Shown here: positions 25,601 through 37,239 of the stretch, piece after piece
Position numbering within the stretch: position 1 is the stretch's first letter
Layout of the letters: each line of letters starts with the position of its first letter
Origin: Glaucostegus cemiculus
Lineage: Eukaryota
Direction: 5' to 3'
NCBI GenBank assembly: GCA_976551045.1
Contig: CDPCPM010000281.1
Span: 9,548,001 to 9,612,000 of the forward strand
DNA length: 64,000 bases
Translations under genes and position numbers: made by a program
Notes under the pieces: model-generated
Told to the model about the DNA's origin: nothing
What the model saw: the letters and a program-made list of their open reading frames with translations, nothing else
The model's database searches: none

Positions 25601-26123
25601 AAACACTTATGAATAGCCCCAGTTATCCCAATACAGAGACAAGGCTGAGCAAACTCCCCTTATTCCTCCAATTTTCTCCAATGCCCTCTTGAATGGCTTC
25701 AGGCTTAATGTCACAAGATAATACTGCTTCTTTATGAACTCTGCAAAGTATTCTGGTTTTGTTCTTAGCTCCAGAGTTTGACCTGTTGATTAATCACTGC
25801 CTGAATGAGCACAAATATCCCCAGTCAAAACTCACTCACTAGCTGAAGTGAGCCTTTTGTCTGACACTCCTGAGAGTGATTTCCAAGTTCTATCAATGGG
25901 TTTAGATATCTTCCACTTACATTCACTTGAAATGATGGGGCAGAGTATTGCGTGTCTGCCTGGGACATAATTTGGAGAATCCACTCAAATATCCTAATTT
26001 CTGTTGTATTGAATTCAGTGGAAAGTGAAGAATACTAGATTACCAGCTATCAGGTAACGATAAAGGTTGTGCCTTGCCTACTATGGTTTGTTTATGCTGA
26101 ATGTCTTAATGTGCTATTCAGTT

Positions 26124-26375
26124 GGCGGCACGATAGCGTAGCGGTTGGTGCGACGCTGTTATAGCGCCAGCGATCAGGGTTCGATTCCCGTCACTGTCTG
26201 TAAGGAGTTTGTACGTTCTCCCGTGTCTGCGTGGGTTTCCTCCGGGTGCTCCGGTTTCTTCCCACATTCTAAAAAGATGTACGGGTAGGTTAATTTGTGC
26301 GCTTAAAATGGGCAGCGCGGACTCATTGGGCCGAAAGGGCCTGTTACCATGCTGTAAATAAAATTTAAATTTAAA
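26124..26375 (+). mobile_element. Young V-SINE (HE1-like) with CR1-type tail
   Basis: A box TAGCGTAGCGG 26134-26144, B box GGTTCGATTCC 26178-26188, V-domain, tail GGGCCGAAAGGGCCTGTTACC; CpGs retained. Confidence 0.93.
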
Positions 26376-26465
26376 GATTGAAATATTGTGTAGTTTAGTG
26401 GGAAAATGCACAGAATGTCATGGGTTTGGTCTCTGGTCATTGTAGAGTTTGAATACAAAATCTAT

Positions 26466-26710
26466 TCCCATCCTGTTCCCACACTGGCCTCTCTGCCTTT
26501 GGTGTCCTCCACTGTTCCAACGAAACTCAACATAAACTTGAGGAACAAAAACTAGGAACTTATTTCATTTCTAACCTTTCCTAGTTCTGATGTAAGGTCA
26601 TCAACCTGTAGCATTAACTGTGGTTCTATCTCCACAAGTGCTGCCTGACCTGCTGAGTATTTCTAGTGCTATTATTTCAGATTTCCAGCACGTCCATTAT
26701 TTTGCTTTTA
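26466..26710 (+). mobile_element. Penelope 3' fragment (GIY-YIG C-terminal remnant + pLTR)
   Basis: SHTGLSAFGVLHCSNETQHKLEEQ-like peptide, then AGTTCTGATGTAAGGTCATCAACCTG...GCTGCCTGACCTGCTGAG. Confidence 0.82.
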
Positions 26711-27127
26711 GATTGGTGGTTTTTAATATGCCTGCCTTGTGGGGGGACAAACAAAATGAGTCAAGAGTGCCCATATCCATCAATAACTTACTTAAAAATG
26801 TCCAGATTAAGTAAACTGGGTCGGCCTGCACACATTATATGGTCAGATCAAAATGCTAAGCATTAGCATAACATTTACATTCGACCAGAACTTCTAGTGG
26901 CTGGAAAATTGATCCAATGGTTTGAGAGACCAAAATCACATTCAATTTTACCTGTAAAGTTCTTTAGAGTTCAAGTCGGATCATCCAAGATTCTGGGCAA
27001 AAAAAATCATATTGTGGTTGTCTGCTGTTGAATCAGTCAGCTTTCTCATATGTAAAATCTGACCTGACATAACTTGTGTTCAGACTGGTAGACATCCTGA
27101 CTAGGATAATATCACCATATCTTCACC

Positions 27128-27610
27128 ATTACTAGGTCAAAATGCTGGGACAATTTCCAACAGCATTGTTAGGAGTGTTTCAGCCACAGTAACAGCACAG
27201 AGTGGTGCAGCTATTAGAGTCGCTGCCTCACAGCTCCAGCAACCTGGATTCAATCCTGACCTCCAGTTCTGTGTGGAGTTTACATGTTCTTCCTGTGTTT
27301 GGACGGTCCAGTTTCCTCCCATATCCCAACAGCATACAGGTTGGTAGGTTTTTTGCCCTGGTGTCTAGGAGAGCGGTAGAATCTGGGGGAGATGCTGGGA
27401 ATATGGGAAGAATAAAATTGAATCTTGTGTTGGATTAGTGTAAACGGATGCTTGATGGTCAGTGCAGACTCGGTGGGCTGAAGGGCCCATTTCCATGCAG
27501 TACATCTCTGTGACTAACTGCAGTGATTTAAAAAGAAGGCCCACCACTGCATTCTCAAGAGAAACTAAATCCCAGCTTTGTCAGCGAAGCCCATATTCCA
27601 AGGATTAACT
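27128..27610 (+). mobile_element. 3' end of an old chondrichthyan LINE interrupted by an HE1 SINE
   Basis: GGTCAAAATGCTGG...AACAGCATTGT before and ACTGCAGTGATTTAA...CCCACCAC..TTCTCAAG...GCCCATATTCC after the SINE; same family as 37845. Confidence 0.65.
27194..27515 (+). mobile_element. HE1-type V-SINE with HER1 tail
   Basis: GCTGCCTCACAGCTCCAG..GGATTCAATCC head, partial V-domain TCCAGTTTCCTCCCA, tail TTGATGGTCAGTGCAGACTCGGTGGGCTGAAGGGCC. Confidence 0.88.
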
Positions 27611-28249
27611 TTAAAAATTGAGGACAATGAATGCCAGATGTGATTCATAGCAAAGTAGTTCACAATTCCTGCAGAACAAAACGTGTACAATGAAATCCTC
27701 ATTGTCTCTGTGCTGTTTATACTGCATTAGCCTCAGGATCAGGCCTGTAAAATCACTTACACACATGTACACAAAAAGTCTATTGCTTGTCTGTCTAGGG
27801 TTTCATGGGTATTGCCTCTAAAGCCAATGTCACAAATGACCTGGAACTAGTTCAAACACATTTGGAAGGGAATTTAATTTTAAAGCCTTTTTGGATTCCA
27901 TTTCATTTAATATAAGTGATCCATTGGGATTTGGAAGCTTGGTGGGGATAACCATACAGTGTGCCAAAATGTGTGAATAATTATAGCAGTTACGATGTCT
28001 GCCAGAAAGCGTGGAATGTTCACGTTCTTGATTAAATTCAGTTAAACACGGCTGTAAATCATGGCTGCCACAGCTTGGCAGTCCAGGCCAGCAGTTGGCT
28101 TCAGCAGCTGGAGCAAACCCCACCTCTCCTTAAAAAGGGCAATCAGTCCCTTATTGGAGGAGCTCTGTCTTTAGAGCTTCATAATTAGTGGGAAAACAAT
28201 AACTAGTTGCCAATTCTTCATCATTTGGTTGGTTAGTTAACCAGTGATG

Positions 28250-28560
28250 AACCAGACATTTATGTATTTTATAGATTTAGACCATTTTGCCAGAGGGACT
28301 GCATTACAGGAATTAATATAGGATTGTGAGAGACTCATAAATCAACGGGGCTCCAGGCGTAAAGGAGTTATGACTCTTTCTCGTGAGTCAGTCAATGACA
28401 CAAGTGTAATAGGCTATTTATTCTATGGGTTTGATTTAAATGCATGATGGAGTGCGATGCGCAGTGCAGGTGCAGGCTGCTGAATAATCACTAAATGCAG
28501 ATAATTCCACAGACCAAGGGTGTGATACTTATCGCGAGAACCACAAAATAAACACCAAAT
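28250..28560. promoter_or_regulatory. Candidate conserved non-coding enhancer
   Basis: TCATAAATCA 28335-28344 (PBX-HOX TGATTTATGA on minus), TGAGTCA 28384-28390, TGATTTAA; several retained CpGs; repeat-free. Confidence 0.4.
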
Positions 28561-28834
28561 TATAGAGCAAGAGGAGTTGTGAGGAAGGTTTGGATCATTT
28601 TAGCTGCTTCCACTGCCAAGCATTCTATAGTACTATGCAGTTGAGAAGGGAACTAGACGGATTGATAAGCATATGAGGATAGTGACATTGGAATAAAGTT
28701 ACCATTGGGACATGGTTGACAGAACTGAGGAACACTGTCAACACTTGTTTAAGAAGTTTCAACACACAGAGTCAGACAGCATGGAAACAGACCCTTCAGC
28801 CCAACTGCTCGCTGCCCATGGAAAGGTGAATGTG

Positions 28835-29300
28835 TTACTGCATTGAACATCTTGCATACTTATTTGGCTGCATTAGAAGTTGTTGGGCAGTCTGTTTTGG
28901 TATGTTGATCGATGAATTAAGAGGGCACCATGAATAAGTCTCCTTCTTTGAATTGGTTCTTTGGAAATTGAGACACCACCACTGATAGTGCAGCATGCCC
29001 TCTGTACAGCAGTGCACCGCTCCCTCACTACTGCAGTGCACCGCTCCCTCACTACTGCAGTGCACCGCTCCCTCACTACTGCAGTGCACCGCTCCCTCAC
29101 TACTGCAGTGCACTGCTCCCTCCGTACAGCAGTGCACCACTCGCTCAATACTGCAGTGCACCACTCCCTCCATACTGCAGTGCACTGCTCCCTCATTACT
29201 TACTGCAGAGTCAGCCTTGATTATTGTGCTTAACTTTGTGGAGTGGGACTTGAGGCCACAATCTCCTCACTCGATGCTTCCAGCTAAGCCCCAGCTGGCA
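28835..29300 (-). mobile_element. SacSINE1-like DeuSINE remnant containing an expanded minisatellite
   Basis: GTCAGCCTTGATTATTGTGCT...GGAGTGGGACTTGA (SINE 5' region on minus) directly abuts the array. Confidence 0.75.
28987..29206. repeat. 24-bp minisatellite, 9 units (AGTGCACCGCTCCCTCACTACTGC)
   Basis: Units 2-5 (29011-29106) are identical; flanking units are diverged. Confidence 0.97.
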
Positions 29301-30821
29301 TTTGAAGATTGTGCAGAAGAAAGATGAATGATTTAAGGCTATTATCAGGTCTCAAGAGCACTCTTGGCTCACAGTTGAATGAGAAGTAAGACGAGGAGCT
29401 GGGTTTCAGTGTCCTATGTTTAAACAATGGCTGAAGAACCACACAGCTCTGACCTCGAGCAGTAATTCATGACTTACCTTGCTATTATGTCTGGTACAAA
29501 ATACACAGAGGAAAAGAGTCAAGTTTACATACATGGCAGATGTGGCTCTCTGTCAGTTAGTAATTTGAAAGTCAAATGCATTCAGAGACCAAATAGTATC
29601 ATCAGGAAGAAAATTGTTGTTTCATTTTTGGGAATTTTAAGGTTGAAATTGAGACTCTACTTGATAATAGCTTCCCCTTCCTCTGTCAACAGTAAGGGTC
29701 CAAAATGAACAGAATTAAAACAACCTCAATTGAATTTCAGATGGTGTAAATCAACAACAGTTTGGGATCTGACCAGGATGGCTGAGCTGTGAAGGTGGGG
29801 CTCCTCACAGAGGATTAAGACAGATCCAAGGGGCAACAGAGAGGGATGTTTACGGCCCGCACAGAGCGCATGGTGCTTAGATGAACATCAGACCTGTATC
29901 ATAGAGGCGGGAGGTAGAAATTTGTCTTCAATAGCGGTGCGAAATGGCCTTCTCAAATCAGCTGCTGCTGTGCACACCACCTGATACAGTCATACCTACA
30001 TTGAGGAATCTTCAGTTTTTGCTAAATTTCAATGTTAAGCCAAAACCACAACTTTTAGGCTTGGGACCATCATTGCTGAGCGCTGCCTCACTCATTCGCT
30101 CACACATTGACTCTTTCCATCTCTCACTCCCACACACGTTTCTCTAATCGGGCACCCAGTCCAGAAAGGAGAGTGGGTGACAGCAGAGAGAGGGTGACAG
30201 TGGAGGGTCAGCAGCAACAGTGTAAGGGAAGGAGGGAGTACAAAGTGATTGGCACATGGATGTTCTGGTCAGGGTTCGGGGACCAGAAAGGGTTTTTTGG
30301 GAGTCATCCAGTAAGGGGCAGTTGGCAGGTTAGTGGGACTGGCTCCTGGGGATGGATGAAACTGCGAATTAGGGCTGTGCCTCCACCACCCTGGGTATGA
30401 GAGGGAACAAAGCATCCCTTCTCATATCCCAGACCCAGGGTCATTACTGTTGAATGCTGCCCCCATTCATACTGGAGAATGGCAAGTAATGGCAACTGGT
30501 TATCAACAGGAGCGACAACTTCAAAATTAGCAGATAAAATATGTTTTTTAGAGAGTGTTGATGCCGTTTACGCTCAATACTTTCCACTACTTTGCCTGTT
30601 AAAACTCAGCCGCGGTTTTAGTTCATCTGGGAATTTAGGCAGGCCCTACTGAAGTATAATTCCACAGCAATCAGTGGAATTAAATATCGTGCCACATTTG
30701 TGAAGCAAAATAGTCAGCAAATATATGTTATTTTAGAAGCTTACCTGTTCTTTGTTCTCACCTGGAGGTAGCCTTATCAACAATTTAGCTTTCATCATCT
30801 CCACATGAAGTAGATTGAAAA

Positions 30822-30985
30822 TCAAAAACTGCTCATTCTAGAAATCTGATAAAAAAAACACAAAGTGCTAGAAATAATCAGTGAGTCAGGCAACATGATA
30901 AAGAATCCTGAAATGTTATCTCTGTTTCTCTCTGTACACATGCTGCCTGAACTGCTGTGTGTTTCCATCATTTTCTGTTTTTTTT
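30822..30985. mobile_element. Inverted pair of Penelope pLTR fragments
   Basis: GAAATCTGA..GTGCTAGAAATAATCAGTGAGTCAGGCAACAT joined to CCTGAAATGTTA..ATGCTGCCTGAACTGCTG. Confidence 0.78.
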
Positions 30986-31639
30986 TTCCATTGTGAACTA
31001 GGTTTAATTTGTATGATGGAGAACTACAAATTGTATAGTCGTTAGCTTTGCTCAATGATTAAAGTAAAAATTATGTCCTCTAAAATCAGATTGTTGAAAG
31101 CCTAATTCATTAATTTGAAACATAGCTCAATCTTGCAGATATATTTTGGTTTGCAAGTACCCTTTAGCAGAAGTGAACTAGTTTTCTTGGGAATATCCAG
31201 TTTCCTGTGCATTCTAAAATCTCACTGTCAGAGAGTATCATTGGCATTGTCATAGAATCTTCTTCTAAGTTGTCTAAATCCAGTGCCAGTATAAGTATAA
31301 AAGCTTCTGTATAAGTATCGACTCATCGAGTTAATATTCAGCTAAATATAACTTCTGAGTGGTCCATTTGAATAATGAAGTATAGCATCAACAGAGCACA
31401 ACCGGCAGAAACCAAGACAAGTTAACCATTCTACCTCCCCCTGCCACCATTGTAACCAATGCCTGATTTTTAATTCCATTGTCATTAGTGCAGTTAGATA
31501 TCAGGCAATGTGAATTAAGGGTGGATGATACATTACAGAATTACGCTGGATGAATTTCTCTCAGAGAGTCTTTGTGATCTCAACAATTAACCACAAAGTG
31601 ATTTTTTCCCCCCAATTTCTCAGCCACACAATGTTTGCT

Positions 31640-32238
31640 GTGCTTCACTTCTGTATCAGAAGCTTTTGGGTTCAAGTCCCAATCCAGATACTTAAGCACA
31701 AATATCCAGAATGATACTCCATTCCAATATAGAAGAAATATTGCGCTGGTTAAGATACTGTCATTCAGATTAGCCATTAAATATGGACTCTGTCTGTTTT
31801 CTGAGGGGGATGTAAAAAATCTCAAGGAATTATATGGAAGGGTAGTGGAATTCTCTCCATTGTACTGGCCAGTATAGAACCCTCACCCAGCATTTCTGTT
31901 TGTGGATCTTGTTAAGTACAACAAACAATCTGCTGGAGGAACTCAGCGGGTCAAGTAGCATCTATGGGGGGAAAAGGAATTGTCAATATTTCGGGTCAAA
32001 ATCCTGCATCAAATGTCGACAATCCCCCCACAGATGCTGCTCGACCCGCTGAGATCCTCCAGCAGATTGTCTATTGCTTCAGATTCCAGCATCTGCAGTC
32101 TCTGGTGTCTCTATTCCTAAGTGCAATTTTGGCCACCGTTTTTTCTACATTGCAAGAAGGAGGTGCCTCAGATGTCCTGCATTTGCTGTAAATGCTTTGG
32201 GATATCTGGAAAGAAAGGTGCTATGCAAATGTAGTTCT
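31640..32238 (+). mobile_element. SacSINE1-like DeuSINE interrupted by a Penelope-derived hairpin
   Basis: TCAGAAG..GGGTTCAAGTCCCAATCCAGA (B box), GGATGTAAAA, CTGTTTGTGG, then after the insert GCTGTAAATGCTTTGGGAT..AAAGGTGCTATGCAAATG. Confidence 0.82.
31922..32117. mobile_element. Non-autonomous Penelope-derived hairpin element with probable TSD
   Basis: Arms 31925-31991 and 32011-32070 are near-complementary; flanks TAAGTACAA (31913-31921) and TAAGTGCAA (32118-32126). Confidence 0.88.
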
Positions 32239-32679
32239 CAGTTTAATAGATCATTCCTGTCATTGGATGGGGGGTGGTGGGGGGGGTGGAGGTAGGTGAA
32301 ACGGACAACTGGGAAGACTTGAGAATGAAAGCTAGGAAGATAGAGGAGAGATAGGATAGCTTCACTCACAAAGAATAATTTCAACAGAATAACTGCAGTA
32401 CAGAACAGTGGAAGACCACTTTCTAAATAAGGTTGCAGATTTTGAATTTCAAACCAGTAAATTAAAAATGAAAGGAAGCCTTTTCTCCCCTCCTCATTCT
32501 AATATGCAGGAAGTTGAATGGCAATGTCTAACAAAGTTTTATTTTATCTTGGGCCTCTAGCCGCAAGCTCCATTTTCATTGCATCCCCTTTCACCTTCTT
32601 TTTATTGCCTTTGCCTATTCATTCCTTTCATTTTTTTTGGTTGGACCAGCTATTTGTTTCGGACCCCAGAGGCGTTCAC

Positions 32680-33135
32680 AAGCACTAGGTTGTTAATGGC
32701 AATCAAACGCTTTCACACTTAAGGCAGAATGTTTGATTTAATCGCAGAGCTGTCTATTATTCTGCTGCACTATTCCATGGAGGCAGCCTTCTGATCAAAT
32801 GCTCGCTCCCAGGAGCATAGGTTTTTTTTGTTATGTCTAAATCCTCAGTACAAATTGCAGTATTCCTGTGCTCCCAGTGGGATTCATTACTGCCTGTGGG
32901 GCATTAAAGATCATTAATAGTGCTGTCAGAGAAGCTAGCCAGTTGCTTAGCTTCTCATAAATGGGAAATTAATACATCTGGTTCATTAATAATGCCTTGT
33001 GTTTGATGTTTGTTGGCTGGCAGCTTTAATGATGTAGGTCTGGGGCGACAGGGCGCTTCACCAAGTTAGATTTTCCAATTAGCCAGCCCTTTTTTTTTCT
33101 CCTCTCTTCCAAAGAATCAGTCCTCAATTATCACT
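32680..33135. promoter_or_regulatory. Candidate conserved non-coding enhancer
   Basis: Dense TAAT/ATTA, TGATTTAAT 32734-32742, CTGTCA 32923-32928, CTCATAAA, GTTTGAT; repeat-free. Confidence 0.45.
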
Positions 33136-33524
33136 TGTGTGTAAAAAAAATTGGGGTGTGGTAGAAGCAGGAATGTGATGACAACAATTTACACTCTTAC
33201 CATTTGTCCATTAATCTTAGTTCTTCCCGGAACCTTCCTTGCAAAATGTTCCAGCGAAACAGTTTAATCAAAGAAAATATTTCATTTGTTTGCAGCTCAA
33301 AGGAAAGAAGTTCCATTTGTACAATGCCTCTACTGTGATAAAATGTTTCAAGCATCTCTAGTGAACCAAGAGGTGATTGAAGAAATAGCGTTGCTATAAT
33401 ACCAACTGAGCCTTTGTTGTATCCAGCCTTGCACTGGTCTCCCAGCCAAAGTCCCTGGGAGATCCTTCATGACACTGCATGAGTGTCATAGCTTGCTGCT
33501 GTAGAGGCAGCTACAATGGGAATG

Positions 33525-34016
33525 GGCCATCATCCATCTACTACTAGAATGTGCATTTGCCAAGAAAGTCTGGAAGGGGATGTAGTGGTCTTTGTCAAGG
33601 TTCATCCTTTTCAGCTGCTTAACACATGACAGTGCTCAATGAACTGTTCCTAGGAACACATACTGAGGCAAACATCAACTGCTTCTGGAAGATCATCCAC
33701 TTGGTGAAAGGTTCTCTTTGGTCTGCCCAAAACTGACTGGTGTTCCAGTGCAGGTGCATGCTACAGACTAGCACTCTAAGATCTAGGACTACATGCTGAA
33801 GGATTTGTTGAAGCTTGGTGCATTGGCCAGAAAGGGTCTAAAGGGAAAGGCCACATTTTATGGTTCCCCCTGCCATTATACACCAAGGGTCCGGGCCCGT
33901 GTAAAAACCCTGTGGACTGTCACACTCATGCAATGTAAATGGGAAGACATGGCTTGCACTAAAAACAGTGACATGAATGGCTGTGATTATATACACATCA
34001 AAATTCTATGAATAAA
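33525..34016 (+). mobile_element. Tx1/L1-clade LINE 3' remnant
   Basis: IIHLLLECAFAKKVWK (zinc-knuckle end), GTHTEANINCFWKII, DYMLKDLLKLGA; ends near TATGAATAAA. Confidence 0.85.
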
Positions 34017-34079
34017 CAAACACATTAGGGACATGTAAAAAGAAGCTTCCTAGTTTGAGCTTGTTCAAAACTCTTTTGG

Positions 34080-34390
34080 CCATATCCAAATCCATATCCA
34101 TTCTCCAGTTCCATTTGCCTATTTTGGCTACCAGTTTAATAGTGCCTCAACTAAAATTCTAATTTTAACATCTAATTTCTTTGAAAGCCGATTCTTTTCT
34201 TCCTCAGTAACCACCTCCATCCCTTTATGAGCTCTGTGCTTCTCTGCTTTTGTTATTTTGCATGTCTCTGATTTTCTAATGTGCACTGTTGATACCTTCA
34301 GCTTCCTCAGCCCTAACTTCTGGAAATCCCTCCTCTGGAAATGACAGATTCATTGTTCTGCCAGACTCTTTTTGGGGTACAACTCATGAA
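34080..34390 (+). mobile_element. Degraded L2 3' fragment
   Basis: CCTTCAGCTTCCTCAGCCCTAACTTCTGGAAATCCCTCC (AFS..P.LWNSLP-like). Confidence 0.5.
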
Positions 34391-34689
34391 TCTCACGTTA
34401 GCAGTACAGACTTTTACAGTGGGTGCCCCTTCGCATTACCAGTGCACTCCATTAGGTTCTTGTAATTTATTGTGGAATATAACAAAATTTCAGTTGGAAT
34501 ATCAAGAGAATAGACCAGTTTCTGTGGCAATCATTTCTCCATCTATCTGATAGGATGCTTCAATGGTTAAGCATATTACACAGTATCCGAAGAGAGTCAT
34601 GATCCCACCAACTTTAAACATAATGGTTCATACACATGAGCCAGAATTCAATGTGAATGTGTAACACCTCCCTAGACCCCAGAAAACAA

Positions 34690-37230
34690 AGAAAAACTAC
34701 AGAATAAAAACAGTTAACACTGGAACTGCTCAGTAGATCAGGCAGGATCTATGGAGGGAGAAACAGAACCAATGTTTCAGGTTGATTCCTTTCATAAGAA
34801 AGAGGCTAAGTTGGAAAATGAACACATTTTTCAGTTGCAGGGATAGGGTAGAGAGGTGGAGAGGACACAGGATATCTGTGGTAGGGTGGAGATCAGGAGA
34901 GATTGAAAGAGATTGAAGTGGTGGTGGTGCCGACTGAGGGAGGGTGGTGAAGCCTTGTTAATCACAGCTGATCTGCCTATCGAGAGGTAAACAGGAGATG
35001 ATTAAGAACAGAAAACAGAGGAAAAAAAAACAGTGCTGGATCTGTGAGATGCAAAACACTGCAGTTACTGGAAATCTGGAACAAAAGACAATGCTGGAAA
35101 TGCACAGCAGAAGAGGGAAAAAAACAGATTTAACAACATTTTGATGACTTTTCATCAGAACTGGCAAGTTCTGAAGGCTGGACTACTCCATTAGACCCAT
35201 TGCCTCAGCCTGTTCTTGACCCAGGAAACTTATTCCTTCCTTCCTTGCGTACAAACATATGAATTAGGAGCAGGAGTTGCCACTTGGACCCCTGAGCCTG
35301 CTCCATCATTCAATAACATAGCTGAAATGATAATCTCAACTCCGCCATTCCACCTACTCCATGTAACTTTTCCCACTTTGTTTATCTATCTTGGTCTTAA
35401 AACTATTCAAAGACTGTACTTCCACCACTCTTTGAGGAAATGACTTCCAAAAACTCACAACCCCCCTCCGAGAGAAAATAGTTCACCATCCCTTATTTTT
35501 ATACAGTGACCCCTAGTTCTATATTCAATCTCATTCACCCTTATCCACCTAAGCAAGACTCTTCCAGATTTTAAATGTTTCAATATAGTCATCTCTCACT
35601 CTTCTAAACGACAGTGGCAACAAGTCTAGCTGATCCAACCTTTCCTCATAAGACATTTGAGATATCAGTCTAATAATGGCACTCAATCTGCACTCATACC
35701 AATGTATATAGATCCTTCCCAAAATAAAGAGATCCACGTAGCAGACATTACTACAGAGGTGGTCTTATCAAGCCCTATATAGCTGAAGTATGAGCTTCCA
35801 ATTTTTGTATTCAGTTCCTCCAGCAATAAACAATAACATTCTGTTAGCTTTCCTAATTTGTATTTACATTCTACCATTTGGGGAATCATGCATTAGGATA
35901 CTCAGATCCCCTTCCCCCTCCATCCCACTTCAAGGAGATCTGAGGGCATTTTACTTCATTGAGCAGGGTCCCTCTCCATCACCAAACTCCTTCGCTTGGA
36001 TGGACTCACTCACACAATGACCAACTTCTCATTCACTTCCCCAAGGTGTAGCCATGGGAACCCACAAGGATCCAACTTTTCTGAGATTTGTGGAAGAGTT
36101 TTTGTTTCAGTTCAACTCATCACCCCACCCGCCACCGGGCTCTTCTATTTTTGATACAATGGAGCTATTTTCTGCTCTCAAGCAGAATTCAAATGTTCTA
36201 TCTTCTTTGCTGCTGGTTTTTGCACTGCTCTCACATTCATATGGTCCATCTCTGACTGTTGCTATCCCTGTCATGACTTCTCTATTACCAAGGGTTAGTG
36301 ATCATTATCCATTACAAACCCACAGCCTCCCACAGCAATCTTGACTGCGACACACAGACACATTATTGTAAGGACTGCATTCCATTCTCCCATTGTCGAG
36401 GGCTCCATTGTACCTGTTCTGACGGCACTTTCCTTTTCCCTTCCCACCACCCAGGAACCCTAACACTCCTTCCAGGTGAAGCAGCAACTCTCTTGCATGT
36501 CTTCTAATTTGGTGTACAACATTCAGTGCTGAATATGTGGTCTCTGCTATGTTATGGAATCCAAGCATAGATTGGGTGACCACTTCACAGAACACATGGG
36601 TGACCTTTAGTTCCCCATCACTTCGATTGTCTATTTCACTTCCAATCTCAACTTCCTTTCTTTGGTCTGTTATGCTATTCCAGCAAAGTCCAATAAAAGC
36701 TCAAGGAACAGCACCACATTTACACCCCTAAGAGCTCAGTATTTTCATCTAACTAGCCTTTTCAGTTTGTGTTGGAACTGGCCAGTTCTAATGAAAGATC
36801 ATCAACCTGCAACATTAACAGTTATGCACTCTCCACAGATGCACCCTGACCAATTGGCTATTTCCAGCATTCTCTTTTATTTTGCTTTTCCAACAATGGC
36901 AGTGTTCTGTATATCACACTTCTGGCATTGATTTAATTTCTCTTTCATCTGTCTTCATTCAAATCCTTGTATTCATATCTCTTCCAGACAGATCAGCTGC
37001 TATCAGCAAGAACTCATCATACTCTCTCAAGTAGTTTTGCTGCCTTTTCTGTCACACAGATATTCTTGATCTCCACTCCACCACAGACATTTCCTTTATT
37101 TGCTCCACCTCTGTAATTTAAAGCATACTCCATTTCTAACTTCTGCAAATTTCAATGAATGGTCATTGAGCTGAAACATTAACTTTGTTTCTCCCTCCAC
37201 AGTTGCTGTCTGATCAGCTGAATAGTTACA
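34690..37230 (+). mobile_element. Internally deleted Penelope-like element: inverted pLTR pieces (34690-35165), RT and GIY-YIG remnants (35905-36760), two plus-strand pLTRs (~36780-36920, ~37140-37230)
   Basis: QGVAMGT at 36042-36062; IHYKPTASHSNLD..CKDCIPFS at ~36300-36390; FQVKQQLSCMSSNLVYNIQC*ICGLCYVMESKHRLGDHFTEH at 36470-36595. Confidence 0.87.
35250..35905 (-). mobile_element. CR1/HER1 LINE 3' portion lying inside the Penelope element
   Basis: GAATTAGGAGCAGGAG tail; minus ORF SYEERLDQLDLLPLSFRRVRDDYIETFKI. Confidence 0.88.
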
Positions 37231-37239
37231 ACATTCTCA

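Noticed and set aside
26124-26200. tRNA gene
   Set aside because: The A/B boxes continue into a V-domain and LINE tail; it is a SINE head.
28835-29327. Overlapping repetitive Cys/His-rich ORFs as proteins, or the array as CRISPR
   Set aside because: Artefact of a stop-free 24-bp tandem unit; no unique spacers, no cas genes, eukaryotic context.
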